Shown: positions 29,890 to 43,815, counted from the first letter of the stretch. The stretch is DNA of 64,000 nt from the human T2T-CHM13v2.0 reference genome, Homo sapiens (GCF_009914755.1 NC_060928.1), one strand, 5' to 3'. The notes: generated from the letters alone by a model not told the origin. Program-made: numbers and translations.

Positions 29890-30313
29890 CTTGTTTATAA
29901 TGTAAAATCATTAAGAATTGTATGAGTCATACATTGTAAAATTCAGCATACCCTTTACTGTTATGCAATAAATGAGCTCACATTAAGCAAAACTTGAGGT
30001 CATACATCATAAAATTCAGCATAACCTTTACTATTATTATTATTTATCCTAGAGCACTTATACATGAAGACATTCTAATAGGTGATTGTTGTGATGTCTG
30101 TGTAGGATTTTTCTGATAAATAAATCTTTTATTTTGTTACTAAAATACACACAGGTAAAAGTGATAAGATTATAATAAAGTAAATAACCCTTTACTATAT
30201 GCAATAAATGAGCTCAAGTTTTGCTTAACTATTATTGCATAATAGTAAAGGGTATGCTGAATTTTATAATGTATGACTCATACAATTCTTAATGATTTTA
30301 CATTATAAACAAG
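29890..30313. repeat. 82-bp inverted repeat (arms 29890-29971 and 30232-30313)
   Basis: The reverse complement of the left arm matches the right arm at 80/82 positions by manual alignment. Confidence 0.93.
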
Positions 30314-30998
30314 TTATGATTTTACATTACAAACTAAGTAAGCATTGCCATTTGCTTATGGCGACGCTTACTTAGTTGAAGTGGTCTATATGCAAAATAA
30401 ATACCAAGTACAGTAAGCAGGAAAAGTCAGGACTTATAATACCCTAAATGATTCTGGTAAAAATCCATGCTAAAGATACACAGAAAAATACTAATTATAT
30501 ATACTTTCTTAGTCTATTGTTAATCCTATCACTTTTACTTGTATGTCTTTTAGTAAGAAAAGACTTATTTCCAGAAAATCCTACAGTAATATGTGGGAAT
30601 GGGAGGAGTGTGAGGTTAGGGCAGCTGGATGAAAGAGCTAATTGCCACAGATATCACAATAATAACCTATTAGAATGTCTTCATGCATAAGTGCTCTAGG
30701 GTAAATAATCAAATTAATAAAAACAGCGTGTCATTTTCTGTCATTGACTGTATAAAATTGATGCTTAGCTACAAGGCTATGTGGCATCCATGCTAAATGG
30801 TGCTAAAAGTATCAGAAAGTTCTTACCGTGTTACTTTACACAAAAATTTGCTCTGCACTAGAGTCCCCAAGAACTGGGAAGCAGTAGAAATTACAGAGGA
30901 CAAACTCGACAACTTCTTATGACAAATGGCTATAGTATTGTTTCGGTTGCCCTTGAAATTATTGACCGCACAAGGAACAATTAAAAATACGGCATTCT

Positions 30999-31190
<192 letters not shown>

Positions 31191-31250
31191 TAAAATAAAA
31201 TAAAATAAAATAAAATAAAATAAAATAAAATAAAATAAAATAAAATAAAA
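31191..31250 (+). repeat. (TAAAA)12 pentanucleotide microsatellite in an Alu tail
   Basis: 12 uninterrupted units. Confidence 0.97.
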
Positions 31251-33268
31251 TAATAATATTGCTCTAGTATTCAAAGGTAGCATTTTGTTTTACTGTTTTG
31301 CCCTTCCAAATATGTGTAAAATGGAGAGAAGGATTTACAATTTTCCAGACTTTCCCCTTTCTAACTTTCACCTTAGGTTTTACTGGGTATTGTGAGGAGC
31401 CCCATTATGTTTGCTGTGCTTCCTATGATGACCTGTGTTCATTCTTTGCGGCTGGGAAGGCACTATGATGATGGGATATCACCAAACAAATCAGCCCTAA
31501 AGCTGGTCCACAATGGCAATTGTCTTTCCGCTGCATTGTCTTTCATACTTGTTTTCATGCACATGTTTCTACAGTGACATCAGCTTAGTCAGTGCCAGTT
31601 ACCACCCCAAAGCTCCCTGAAAGCACATTACAATGAGGGTGAGTCCCGGCCAGGCTGAAGCATTGAGCTTCTTTCCAGTCCCAAGCACTGTCAGAGACTA
31701 GTGTGGTTAGCTCTCAATCAGGAGACCTGATCACACTTGATCCTTGATATTGCATCTATCACAGAGGAAAACAGTAAGAGCTCCCCATCTTCCACACAAT
31801 TTTTTTAATTTTCTTTTTTTTTAATGAAAGGCAGATGAGGTAACCAAGGAGAAAGCAAAGTTTATATAACTCAGATTTGAGCTCAGGCTCAATTCTGAGA
31901 GTTCCACACATGCCTCATAAGTGTGCAGAGAAGGAACCAGTCTAGAAAGTTATTTGCATAAAAGCTGAGGTGTTTCTGGGGTAAGAAATGAACCTCAGTT
32001 TCAGAAATAACTGTGTATATGAGATATGACTTGACAGAATTCTGTATGCAGGGGAGTTAGGATGGTTTTACCTAAAAATGCATGCACATATTTTATAAAT
32101 TTAGCATAAAAATTCATTAAATATATATGAATGTATTAAATATTGCATGTTAAGTATATCATATGTAATATAAATATTACACATTATTATATAGCATAAT
32201 TATATATAGTACATGTTACATATATGTGAAATATACAAATATATATCATATCATACACTGAGAGCTCTAGTCATTGGGGCCAGCAAGTGTTTAGAGTTGA
32301 GCACCGAAGTTCCACTCCTTAGATGCATGATTATGTCTGAAGGAAAAAAGTTTTAATTAAAAAAAAGAAGGCCTATTTTATTTAGTTCTGTGGCATATCA
32401 GGGCACAGTCAATATTACTTTAATGTCATGTGACATGAGGGGTAGGAAGCCACTTCCTTTATCCTATCATGTTTTACCACACAGCTCACACACCGGGAGA
32501 GCTTAGGGTGGCCACTAACAGACAATTGCTTCGCTTGGAAGGGAAGCAGGAGAGACCAAGAGCTCCATATAAAGCAGGTGCAGTGGGATCACTGCTGGTG
32601 GGATCCAGCAGAGCAGCAGTAGGGCAGCAGCTGTGCGAACCTGTGGAAACCACAGATGTCATCTGGACCTATATGGCACCATGAGAGGAAAACTAAAGGA
32701 CAGGTAGAAACCATCATGGCATGCTACGTGGTGATAGATGCATGGGGAGAAGCTGCCGTGCCCACAGAAGGAGTGTGGAGGGCTGCATGGTCCAGCTGAG
32801 CACTGGGGGGCACCTAGTGGAACAGTGTGGATGCCAAGAGAGTAAAGCCCATGAAACTGCCAGAAATACTTGAGAAAACTTTGCCAGAAACTGAAATTTC
32901 TGCATGAGATGATGGGCCCCAGAGCTAGGTCATCTGCGTGATTCCTGTGAGGTAATTTATGAAATTACTTAATAGAAATCAATATTTTTATTACTACATC
33001 CCTATAGCTTTAGGTAAGGTGAAGCAATCTGAAGTTTACTTTTGTCCTGATGTGACGTTAGAAATCTTCATCACTTTTTGGATAAAGATGTTTCTTTCAT
33101 TCTTCCATGTACTCATTGGGATATATTTATAGGGGTGCTAGTTGATAATTCATGTAGGGTTTGATACTTGATTGGCTTTTTCTATGTGCACTCAGCCTCA
33201 GCATCAGAATCACCCAGTTGCTTATTCCAAATGTGGCCTTATCTGAGACCAGTTGAATCCAAGTGTGA

Positions 33269-33653
<385 letters not shown>

Positions 33654-34217
33654 CACTGCTTAATTTTCTCAGAAAATAGAAAACTAAACGCCTCGTGAGA
33701 GAGTGGTAGACAGGGTGTAAGGCATGTGTTTTTCAAAAAGCAGCGGAGATCTGAAATGTGTTCTGCAGGAAATGGTGGAAGTAATCTTCATGGATACATA
33801 AAAACCTTGCTGTGCAGATTGTGTGAACAGCTAAAACTGCTGACCTTAAATGTATGATGATAACAATCCTTGTGATTGTCCATGGAGGGCCATTCTGGCT
33901 ACTAAGTATTTATTAAAGGTATGATGTGCTTAACATGTGGCAAATGTAAGTACTGATATAAAAGAAGATGCAGAAGAGGGCACAATAAATCAGTGAATGT
34001 CTAATTGGGGAGGGAAAACAACATATATGAATGGCATTAACAACAATATAATATTAAGTTGTTAGATAAATTGTGTGATAGTATAGTGCATAAATTCCCA
34101 AATAAGAAACTAATTTATAAAAGAGGTAGAATTTGACCAGTTCCTTGAAAATATGGCAGGATTTGAAGGGGCGTATCATTTAAATCGAGAGACGATATCA
34201 TCATGTGAATACAAATT

Positions 34218-34520
<303 letters not shown>

Positions 34521-35519
34521 AATAAAATATTTTTTACCACTTTTTGTGTACAACACCTTACCTACTATGATGTCTAACATGTACAGGAATGAGATATACT
34601 TTCCTGGCCCTCAAAAACGTTAAGTCTATTGAGTAAAGGGAAGCCTGATAATGGCTGGATCTTGGAGCACTGAAAAGCCCCAAGGAGGGTTAAAAACTTT
34701 TGGAGGTTTCTTGGGAAATAACACTGGGTAATTGAGTAGATGTAACCAAGTCCAGTTTGTTGAGTTGCACACAAAAGATCAAACTTTCACACATATGAGT
34801 TCAAGTAAAAAATGGTTTAGTTAGCTTTAAGAATTCAATACAGGGCTATAATTAGGGAGCATGGAAAGAGTAGTCAGTAATCAAAGGAATCCTAATGACA
34901 GTGGCTATAAAACTCAAGACACTCGTACCTCTTTCTGGTGTAGGTGCCTGTGTTTGGTTTCAATTTTTTAAATGACTTCTAAATAGATAAGGCTTGCATT
35001 GTGCTTAACAGCATAAATATGACACATCTGTACATATCTGAATTGCTTATATTTTTATACTGATGCCCTCAAGAGGCTTATAATTCAGGGAAAACAGCCA
35101 CATAAGCCCCACTATGCCCATTTAAATGTGGATTGTGCAGCAAAGAAACAGTTTATAGAGGGCTGGAGAGTCACCTTTAAATTTGTCCAGCATTTCTCCA
35201 GAGCAGTGACATGTTGCAAGTGGCATATAAGATATCATAGGTGGCAAATTAAAATATGCAACATTAACATAAAACAGAGTACTTGAGAGGAATAAGAAAT
35301 ATTACTTTCACAAATAGAACCTAAGAAAATGTAATCGAATGGCACCTTTTGTTGTTGTTGTTTTGAAGGGAAAGCAGTTTTGCTAATCAAATGCTAGCAC
35401 TTGGGGGAATGGCCAAGCTAATGCCTTCAAATGACCATTTCAACATTTTGGGCAGAGTGAAGGAGTTTAAGAAGGAAAAGGTGTGGAAAGCACGCAGGAG
35501 TCATGCAGGAGAGTGCAGG

Positions 35520-35850
35520 TCTGAGTGTCTTGTTGTAATGGCTGTCTTGAGTAATCACCCATTTGGAGGTCCAGTATGTGTGATCCTGACTTCAGCCTGG
35601 TAGTGGTGGGCTGTTTGTAACTCCCCCTAATAGGGAGGATTTCACAGCTTGGTCTCTCTGCCTGGTTTGTTTCAAGATTGGCCCCTGGAATTTCTAAGCA
35701 AGCATGTAATTAGATAAGCAAGCATGGTTCACAGAAGTGCCTGGTGGCAAAGGGAGAAACAAACAGTTTCAAAGTATATTTCAAGGCTAAAAGCAAGAAA
35801 AGAAAAATAAAAGTTTTACAATGCATTTTGAGGTTGGGATACTCAGTTAC
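35520..35850 (-). mobile_element. Possible ERV LTR fragment
   Basis: LTR-like composition ending ...gggatactcagttaca; subfamily not identified. Confidence 0.35.
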
Positions 35851-36844
35851 AGAGTTAGACTTGGAAAACTGTGGAATAGAACCTCCAAATAAAAACTAAA
35901 TAAGAACCAGAGAAGGGCCTTTGAAAGCATCTTTTGATTGCAAGGAGGCAAGAGAGGAAAGTGGGGGGAAATGAGAGCTGTTTCTGCTAAGGAAGGCATC
36001 CAGTGAGCCACACAGGGATGCTAGGAACCTGTGGGAGGGGAGACCGCACGAGGCCAAATGTTGGCTGACTGTTCTGCTTGTAGCTGACCCTGAGCACCAG
36101 GGAGGTTCAAAAGGTAGTGTGCAAAGCGAAAAGAGGGCACAGACCAAAATCATGCAAAAAAGGCTTGGGGGCATGGAGAGGAGGAAAATGAAAGTGAAGG
36201 GAAAAGAAGGCAACGTAGAAAATCCTTTATGAAGGGGCCACATGGGAGACCAACACAGTGCCTGGAAGTCTAAAAAGAGCCTGAGCTACCCCAATTCACT
36301 GCTTCTATGGTTGTGCATCAGGTGAAGTACTTGAATTGCAATTTCATGTGCATGAAAAAAAATTTAAACACTGGAACCATTTCTGTGTGCATCAAAATGC
36401 GATGAGACATCTGTGAACAAAGAGTTATGGAGGGGAAATACTACTGATATAAAGAAAAGTCTCAATATGTATCTCTTGTCCAAGGCCATGTGCCCTTTGA
36501 TGGGAATGATAGAATCTGCTGCATTATTTAAATTAGTATTTCTTTCTCAATATTTTCAGGGGTTCAAACACATAGTTGATGCCTTGGAAATTATATGCAT
36601 TTATTTTGCAGTGCTACAGTATAATAGCATACTTCAACTCATGCTATGTTTCTTAATTTTTTCCCATCAAAACTTCTTAATGGAAGTTTTATATGCTTCC
36701 ATGTTTATGTAATATTTGTGACAAGGATGCCTATAAAATATGATATTCAGATTCAACTAACTTGTATTAGAGTGCTCAGTGGGAAGCAGTATGCTACTCA
36801 TTAACATGTAACACTTACATCATCCTTGTATCACTGCTGTGAAA

Positions 36845-37430
36845 TAAGCTTTAAAAAACGTTTTGACATACAGTAATTATAGATTCACAAGAAGTTGCAA
36901 AATATAGTACAGAGAAGTTCAATGTATTCTTTACCCAGATTTCCTTAGTGGTTGCTTTTTAGATAACTATGGCAAGATATCAAAATCAGGAAGTTGACAT
37001 TGATACAATGTATATGTATAGTTCTCTGGCATTTTATCAGGTGTAGATTTATGCAACTACCACATTCAAGATATAGAACTATTCTATTACCACAAAGATC
37101 CCTTTTGTGCTCCCTCACCCCTTCTCCCTTCATCAGTAACCCTTGGCAATCACTAATCTGTTCTACATCTTTATAATCTTGTAATTTCAAGAATGTGATA
37201 TAATCAGAATACATAACCTTTTGAGACTAGAATATTTCTCTTAGCATCATGCTCTGAGGCCCTTGCAAATTGTCCCATGTATCAATGTTTTGTTTTATTA
37301 CTTTAGTTCCTGTAGTGTGGATATTCTACAGTTTGTTCAACTATTTTTCCACGAAAGAACATTTTAGTTGTTTCCAGTTTTTGGCTAATTCAAATAAAGA
37401 TGCTATGAACATTTGTGTGCAAGGCTTTGT
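36845..37430 (-). mobile_element. L1MC/MB-type 3' end
   Basis: ttatagattcacaagaagttgcaaaa...cccttggcaatcactaatctgttct...gttgtttccagtttttggcta. Confidence 0.8.
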
Positions 37431-38105
37431 GATGTAGGCATCCATAAAGACATTTCAGGGCTGAGGCTGAGCATTTAAATAAATTCTCCAAAGTGCAATG
37501 CTACTCAACCACTGGCTAGGGATCTGAACCCAGATAATTTTATTTTATCTCATATGCTGTCTCCACTATCTCATATTACCTGAGAAAAAACTGTTCTGCA
37601 GACTGTGTAGAAAGCTAGTGAAATAAATATATTTACTTCTTGATAAAAGGTTGATTTTCGAATAATATCTGCACTCTGATTTGATTGTTTTTAACCTGTT
37701 AGGTGCCAGGTTCTGTGCTGTGTTGAGGCAAAGTGCCTGCCCCACAAGGGATTTTACAAAATACCATCTTTACAGCATGCTGGTAGCTTGCTCTACGCTA
37801 GTTGGTTTAACAGTTTTAAATTTTAGTTGGAAAAATGTTCATTTAGAGTTAATCTGAGTGCTATAATAATATTTAAATGGGTATTCTTAAATTTAAATGT
37901 GCTGAAATATTTGGGTTAGTATACTTGGCTTTATCTTAGGAAAACAATTGCTGAGCATGCATGCACAAATACAGTATTTAATTTTGCAAGGTATGCAATT
38001 CAGTACTTCTTCGAAACAGAGATGATGTTCAGATGAATTTTCGTTGTAGCTTATTCACAAATTAATTACTTCTTCTGTTTATTTTGTGTTCCTTTCCCCC
38101 AATAG

Positions 38106-38163
38106 CATAAGAAATTAATCAACCGTCCACAGAGTACCAAAAGAGTTTCTAAGGATCCTGTAG
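38106..38163 (+). CDS. DTHD1: DTHD1 short penultimate coding exon (58 nt); linker
   Basis: Not in the ORF track. Long polypyrimidine tract then aatAG (38104-38105), donor TAG|GTGAGG (38164). Encodes HKKLINRPQSTKRVSKDPV plus G. It supplies the phase 0 to phase 1 shift needed to read the death-domain frame. Confidence 0.88.
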
Positions 38164-39139
38164 GTGAGGAATATTTGCTTTGTCATCATTATAGTGCTTC
38201 CCCACCCCCTTATATGTTGTATATATGTGAATCATTTCATAAAAAGGAATGGAGAAAGTGACTTTCCAATCAAACAATCATTAACTTTATTGGCCTAATA
38301 AATACTTATTTCCTGGGAGGTCATATACAAATAAACCAAACTAGCATTCTTAAATCTGCATGTAATTAAAGCTGAGTTGAAATCAACAAGAAATATAAAT
38401 GTTACTGAGTTTTATTTTATTTGTATGGCTAGCAATTGCTTAGTTTACTAATAGATGACTATACTTTGAGCTGAAATGTTGACTCTTAAGTTGTAAATCT
38501 TAAAGTACGTTCAATTCAAATCAACGTTTGAAGTCAATCTATTTGAATTTGAGGTATATATTGATATGAAACCATAAGAAACATTTAATATTTGGTTATC
38601 ATTATGCATAATTCAAGTACATAACAATGCTACAGATTTCAGGGTAGAATTGGAAACTTTTATTCTATTTTAGCTCTTGAAACATTTTATTTTGTGATAT
38701 CAGTAGCTACTAATGTGATAACTTATTGGTCTTCAAAAGACATCAGCGAGGATATTCTTACTAGTGCATCAGGTCCATTATGAATGATATGAGTTTGCCC
38801 TTACGGATTGGTACAGAAAATGTTCAGGTCTTATTAAACTCCACTAGGAATAGGATAGAATAAACACCATATTATAAACCCTTTCAGGGATAAATAAACG
38901 GTGTTTAAAAAGAGAGCAGATGATATAGAAAACAACAACAGCAATAGATAAAAGCTTTGCAAGTTTAATAATGCTGTTAACCTTTGAAGAATTTGATGTC
39001 CAGATAAAAGCATAATCACTGCCATCATTAACAGTCACTGGAGAATACAAAGGTAGAAGGATCCTTCTTATGGGTACTAGGAGTTCTAGTTTATTACACA
39101 GGTTGGGAGATATTTGTCCTCACATGAATCCTCCCACAT

Positions 39140-41400
39140 GACCAATGCCATCAGAACTGCTGTAGGAAGGGTGACAGTAGATGAGGTTAGACATTTTGAG
39201 TGGGAGAAAACTATGAAAAGTTTTAAATGCCAAATAAAGACGTTTAGACAATAGGAAGACCCTACAAGAAATTTGTCAACAGGGGACTGGCAAAATCAAA
39301 TTAGACTTTCAGGTGAACCAAAACTGACAGCAGGGATACAAGCTAGAACCCTGGTTCCTGCAATAGTCAAGGAAGAAGCTAGGTAGGACATGGTTAAGAT
39401 TGAGTCAGCAAGGCAGGAAAGTAAAGCAAATATTTGAGATGCTCGGAGTTAGGAACATTAGGGCTTGGGTGCAGGGGATAAGAAATAGGCTTTGAAAAAT
39501 GTGAAGAACATCACATGTCTCAGCTTGCTCAGCTGAGTGGCTGCATTAACTAAGAAAGTGAATAGAGTAAAGGAAGATCAAGTAGTGAGAAGGAAAGACC
39601 ATCATTGATTATTCTGATTTTAGAAATATGACATTTGTATTGGCTGTAGAATACACTGATAGAGATAATTAGGAGATGAATATTGTGAGTGCTACACCAG
39701 GATTTAGGAAAATAATGCCAAAAGATAAAGATTGGGTAGATCTAGGATATTTCCCATAGTTAGTGGTGATGGTAACGTCAGTAAGAGTTGATGCATTCAT
39801 TGAGGGGTGAGGACAGAAATAGAAGAGGCCTGAGATGGGATGCAGTAATACAGCAGTATTAGGAGGAAGAGAGTTAGCAGGGGGAAAAGAATATTGGAAG
39901 GAAGACAGCTGGCAAAGGGCAAGAGAGGAAAGAGGAGAAGCAGGGGAGGCCAGGGGCTCCAAGGAGAGGAGTAAAATGCTCCAAGGAAGTAAGAGAAGAC
40001 ACAGGCCAGGAATCAGTGCAGTGAGTAGAAGTAGGAGGCCTCTCATAAGATTGGAAAGAAAGGCTTCAACAGAGGTTTGAAGAAGGGCATAGAATGCCTA
40101 ACGCAGAGGTTTAAGTAGTGAGTTGATAGTGAGGAACTTGAGCCCTCAAGTTTACATTAGATTTTGAAAGAGTATGTGATAAAGAGAAGGAAAGAAATAC
40201 CACAATAGCTTGACACAGTAGCAGTAGCAAGGGATGAGGAGGCCTGAGAGTGTTTATAGGAAGCAAGGAAGGAGCCTTGGTGAGGAGGAGATTAAGGGGC
40301 AGGTGTGAAGGGAAAATACTTGATGAAAAGCAGTGTGAGGGATGGAATCCAGCAAACACAGAGGAATGAGATTTTGTAAGAAAGTAATTTTGAAATGAAA
40401 ACAAAGTTAGGAGAACTCAAGTCAAATGGCTTTGGGTAAAGTAGGAGAAGCAGACATGGGCTGAGTGAAACAGAATGAGAGTGAGATTGGGGCTAAAGAT
40501 AGGAGAAAAGATTCATGTCATTGTTACAAACAAATTTTTATTGAGTTTAGAAAAAATATTTTTAATGGATTTTCAAGCGACTAAGGACTCAAATGGTATA
40601 AAATAATTTACAGTTTGTTGATCACATTCAACATATTTTCCTAACCTCAGGCAGCCCAGGTAACTGAATGCAATCTGAATAACACAAGATTCAGATTGAC
40701 AAACTGAGAAAAATGAAAGCTAAAAAAGACAACATATTCTAAGGTGGACACAAGACCATCATTGATGTGCATAGTTGATCACTAGCAGCAGTGCAGGTAC
40801 AGAGATATATGAGACCCTGCAGAGGTGACCGAATGACTGGGGGACACCAAGGGATCACTATAGTAGTGATGGCAGCAAAGAGCATATTGAGCAGAAGCAA
40901 AGGACTAGAGGCCATGGAATATGTTTAGGAGGTAGAGGTCAGCAGTAATATTAAGGGGCTAAAGCCAAGGAGGTAGAATAATTCTGGCTGAGCATGAAAC
41001 ACGAAGATTGGCCTTGAAAGTCAGTTTCTAGTTTGGAGTCACAAGATGTGTCATTGGAGTTGACAAAATTAAGAAACTGGGGTCGGAGGTGTGAATGATG
41101 ATCCGCAGGGCTGCTGATGAAGTTGCCTACAGAGTGTTGCTGATGACGTGGATGGGACGAGAAAAGCCTGCCCAGATAACATGGACTTCAAAATGAATGC
41201 ACTGCATGGAGGTAGCAGAACTCTGGGTTGAAAGTGATGATGGAGAACAAGGAAGTGCTGGCCCCTTTTCCTTGTTTTCGCAGAAAGGTGGCTTTGTATT
41301 GTAAAATCAGGGTGCAATTTACAGGAGTGTGTAGGAGGAAGGAATAGTTCAGTAATGGAAGGCAGATGGAATGCTTGCTTAACACCAGACCAGGGAAACT
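39140..41400 (-). mobile_element. Long degenerate L2-like region
   Basis: Extended purine-rich tract with L2-like motifs; boundaries approximate. Confidence 0.45.
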
Positions 41401-41787
41401 GGTGCAGGGGTGAGCATGAAAGTGGGAGAAAGTGGCTATAATGCAGGGAAGGGCTGGAATGTGAAAGGAGAGAGATAGTAGGGGACAGAGGTTTTATTCA
41501 GAGTTATGGATCTAAGTTACACATCAGTAACAACCATAACAACAGGTGAACAGGAGTCAACAGAGGACGGCCCAGTGGAAAGTGTTGGTGTAAAGGATCT
41601 TCCACAGAATTGTTTTTGGGTGGTAGATCATGTCGTGTGTATGTCTGCGTGTGTGTGTGAGTGTGTGTATAGTTAGGGATGTGTGTGAGGATTGGCTAGC
41701 TGCTGGTATAATTTATGCATCAGATTAGTACTAATAAGGAGAAATAGGTTTTGAACCTAAAATGACCCTTCAAAAACAATGCTACTC

Positions 41788-42095
41788 GGCCAGGCGTGGT
41801 GGCTCACACCTGTAATCCCAGCACTTTGGGAGGCCGAGGTGGGCAGATCACGAGGTCAGAAGATTGAAACCATCTTGGCCAACAGATGAAACCCCGTCTC
41901 TACTAAAAATACAAAAAAAAAAAAAAAAAAAATCCCATCGTGTGGTGGCTTGTGCCTGTAATCCCAGCTACTCAGAAGTCTGAGGCTAGACTAGAATCGC
42001 TTGAACCCAGGAGGCGAAGGTTGCAGTGAGCCCAGCTCACACGACTGCACTCCAGCCTGGAGACAGAGCGAGACTCAACAAACAAACAAACAAAC
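41788..42095 (+). mobile_element. AluSc-like with a (CAAA)n tail, inserted at the terminus of a MER5A-like element (about 42099-42290)
   Basis: gatcacgaggtcagaagattgaaaccatc; TSD aaacaatgctactc/aaacagtgctactc; the downstream cagtgctactcaaag...cagcatcttctgggagcttgttaaaaatgc is MER5-like. Confidence 0.9.
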
Positions 42096-42472
42096 AAACA
42101 GTGCTACTCAAAGCATGGTTGCGGACCTCAGCACCAGCATCTTCTGGGAGCTTGTTAAAAATGCCAAGTTTGCTCCCACCCTAGTTTTGCTCAATTAGAT
42201 CATGTAGAGCAGAGCGTAAAAACCATTTTAACATGCCCTCTTGGTTCTCAGGTACATTAAAATTTCATAAGCATTTAAAACTCTCTGCAATAGCTAGTAC
42301 CCTCAGGAGATGATCCCAGAATGCCAGGGATTCAGAGGCTTTTGATTGTTGCTCCAGGTAGTCTCATATCTCTGCACTGCTCCAAGGCCAAACAAAAGAG
42401 CAGGGAGACTTCCTATAAACAGGTGTGGAGGGTTAGACCCATGCATCCCCCAGGAGAGGGTCCTAACCGTGA

Positions 42473-42817
<345 letters not shown>

Positions 42818-43169
42818 AAGCCTGATCTCTCTTCCTTTACCCCTAGGAAAAGGCACACGGTGGGTTTTTGTTTCTGTCAACATTTTCCTGGAAGTTTCCG
42901 AATGATATTATTTGAAGTCAGTCTATTTAATGATGTGCTATTTAATGATGTGAGACAAAGGGAGAAGCACGGATCAGATAATAGAAAGCATTCCTGGGTG
43001 TGAGCGCTCCTCTCTGGTTGAGTGATTATGTTTTGCAACCATGACTGTCTTGAGTTTGGCCTCACTTAATAGCATTTGCAATTGAGTTTGACTTGTTCAC
43101 ATTTTAAAAGCTAAGTGTGAAGAAAAGATCTGATATATGTAATTACTTATTAATTGGTATCTACATAAA

Positions 43170-43175
43170 ATTAAA
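43170..43175 (+). terminator. Candidate proximal polyadenylation signal ATTAAA
   Basis: First poly(A)-type hexamer I found after the stop, followed by a T/GT-rich tract and lying just before the LTR. Confidence 0.3.
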
Positions 43176-43196
43176 CTAGTTTTCTGTGACTTCAAG

Positions 43197-43815
43197 TGTG
43201 AGCCCAAAAATATCTGAGACAGTTCTCAATCAATTTAGAAAGATTATTTTGCCAAGGTTAAGGACAGGCCCGTAACAGCCTCAGAAGATCCTGATGACAT
43301 ATGCCCAAGGTGTTCGGGGTAGAGCTTGCTTTTATGCATTTTAGGGAGTTATAATATATCAATCAATACATGTAAGGTGTACATTGGCTCAATCTGGAAA
43401 GGTAGGACAACTCAAAGCAGGGGCTTCCAGATCACAGGTAGATTTAAAGATTCTTGATTGGCATTGATTGAACAGTTATTATCTAAAGACCTGGAATCAA
43501 TAGGAAGGAAATGCCTGGGCTATGATAAGAAGTTATGGAGACCAAAGTTTTATAATGCAGATGAAGCCTCCAGGTAGCAGACTTTAGAGGGAATAGATTG
43601 TAAATATTTCTGATCAGTCCTAAGGTCTGTTGAAATTTATGCTGGCCAGCTTTTCCTGAATTCCAAAAGAGAGGAGGGTATTATGGAGTCATGTCCAACC
43701 TCCCCTTCCCAGCATGGCCTAAACTAGTTTTTCAGGATAACTTTGAAATGCCCTTGGCTGAGAGAAGGGGCTTGTTCAGATAGTTGGGAGACTTAGAATT
43801 TTATTTTTGGTTGAC
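43197..43815 (-). mobile_element. MER4-family ERV1 solo LTR within the DTHD1 3' region
   Basis: tgtgagcccaaaaatatctgagacag..tcaatcaatttagaaag..attttgccaaggttaaggac...cttagaattttatttttggtt; flanks tcaag/tcagg. Confidence 0.8.

Noticed and set aside
28285-30835. Isolated minus-strand donor-like sites (tttagGTAAAG near 28290, acgGTAAGA near 30825) suggesting antisense lncRNA exons
   Set aside because: I could not pair them with convincing acceptors, and single sites are expected by chance.
38834-39050. Hydrophobic minus-strand ORFs, possibly a retroviral env remnant or membrane peptide
   Set aside because: Hydrophobicity is explained by T-richness on that strand; no diagnostic motif; needs a Dfam or tBLASTn check.
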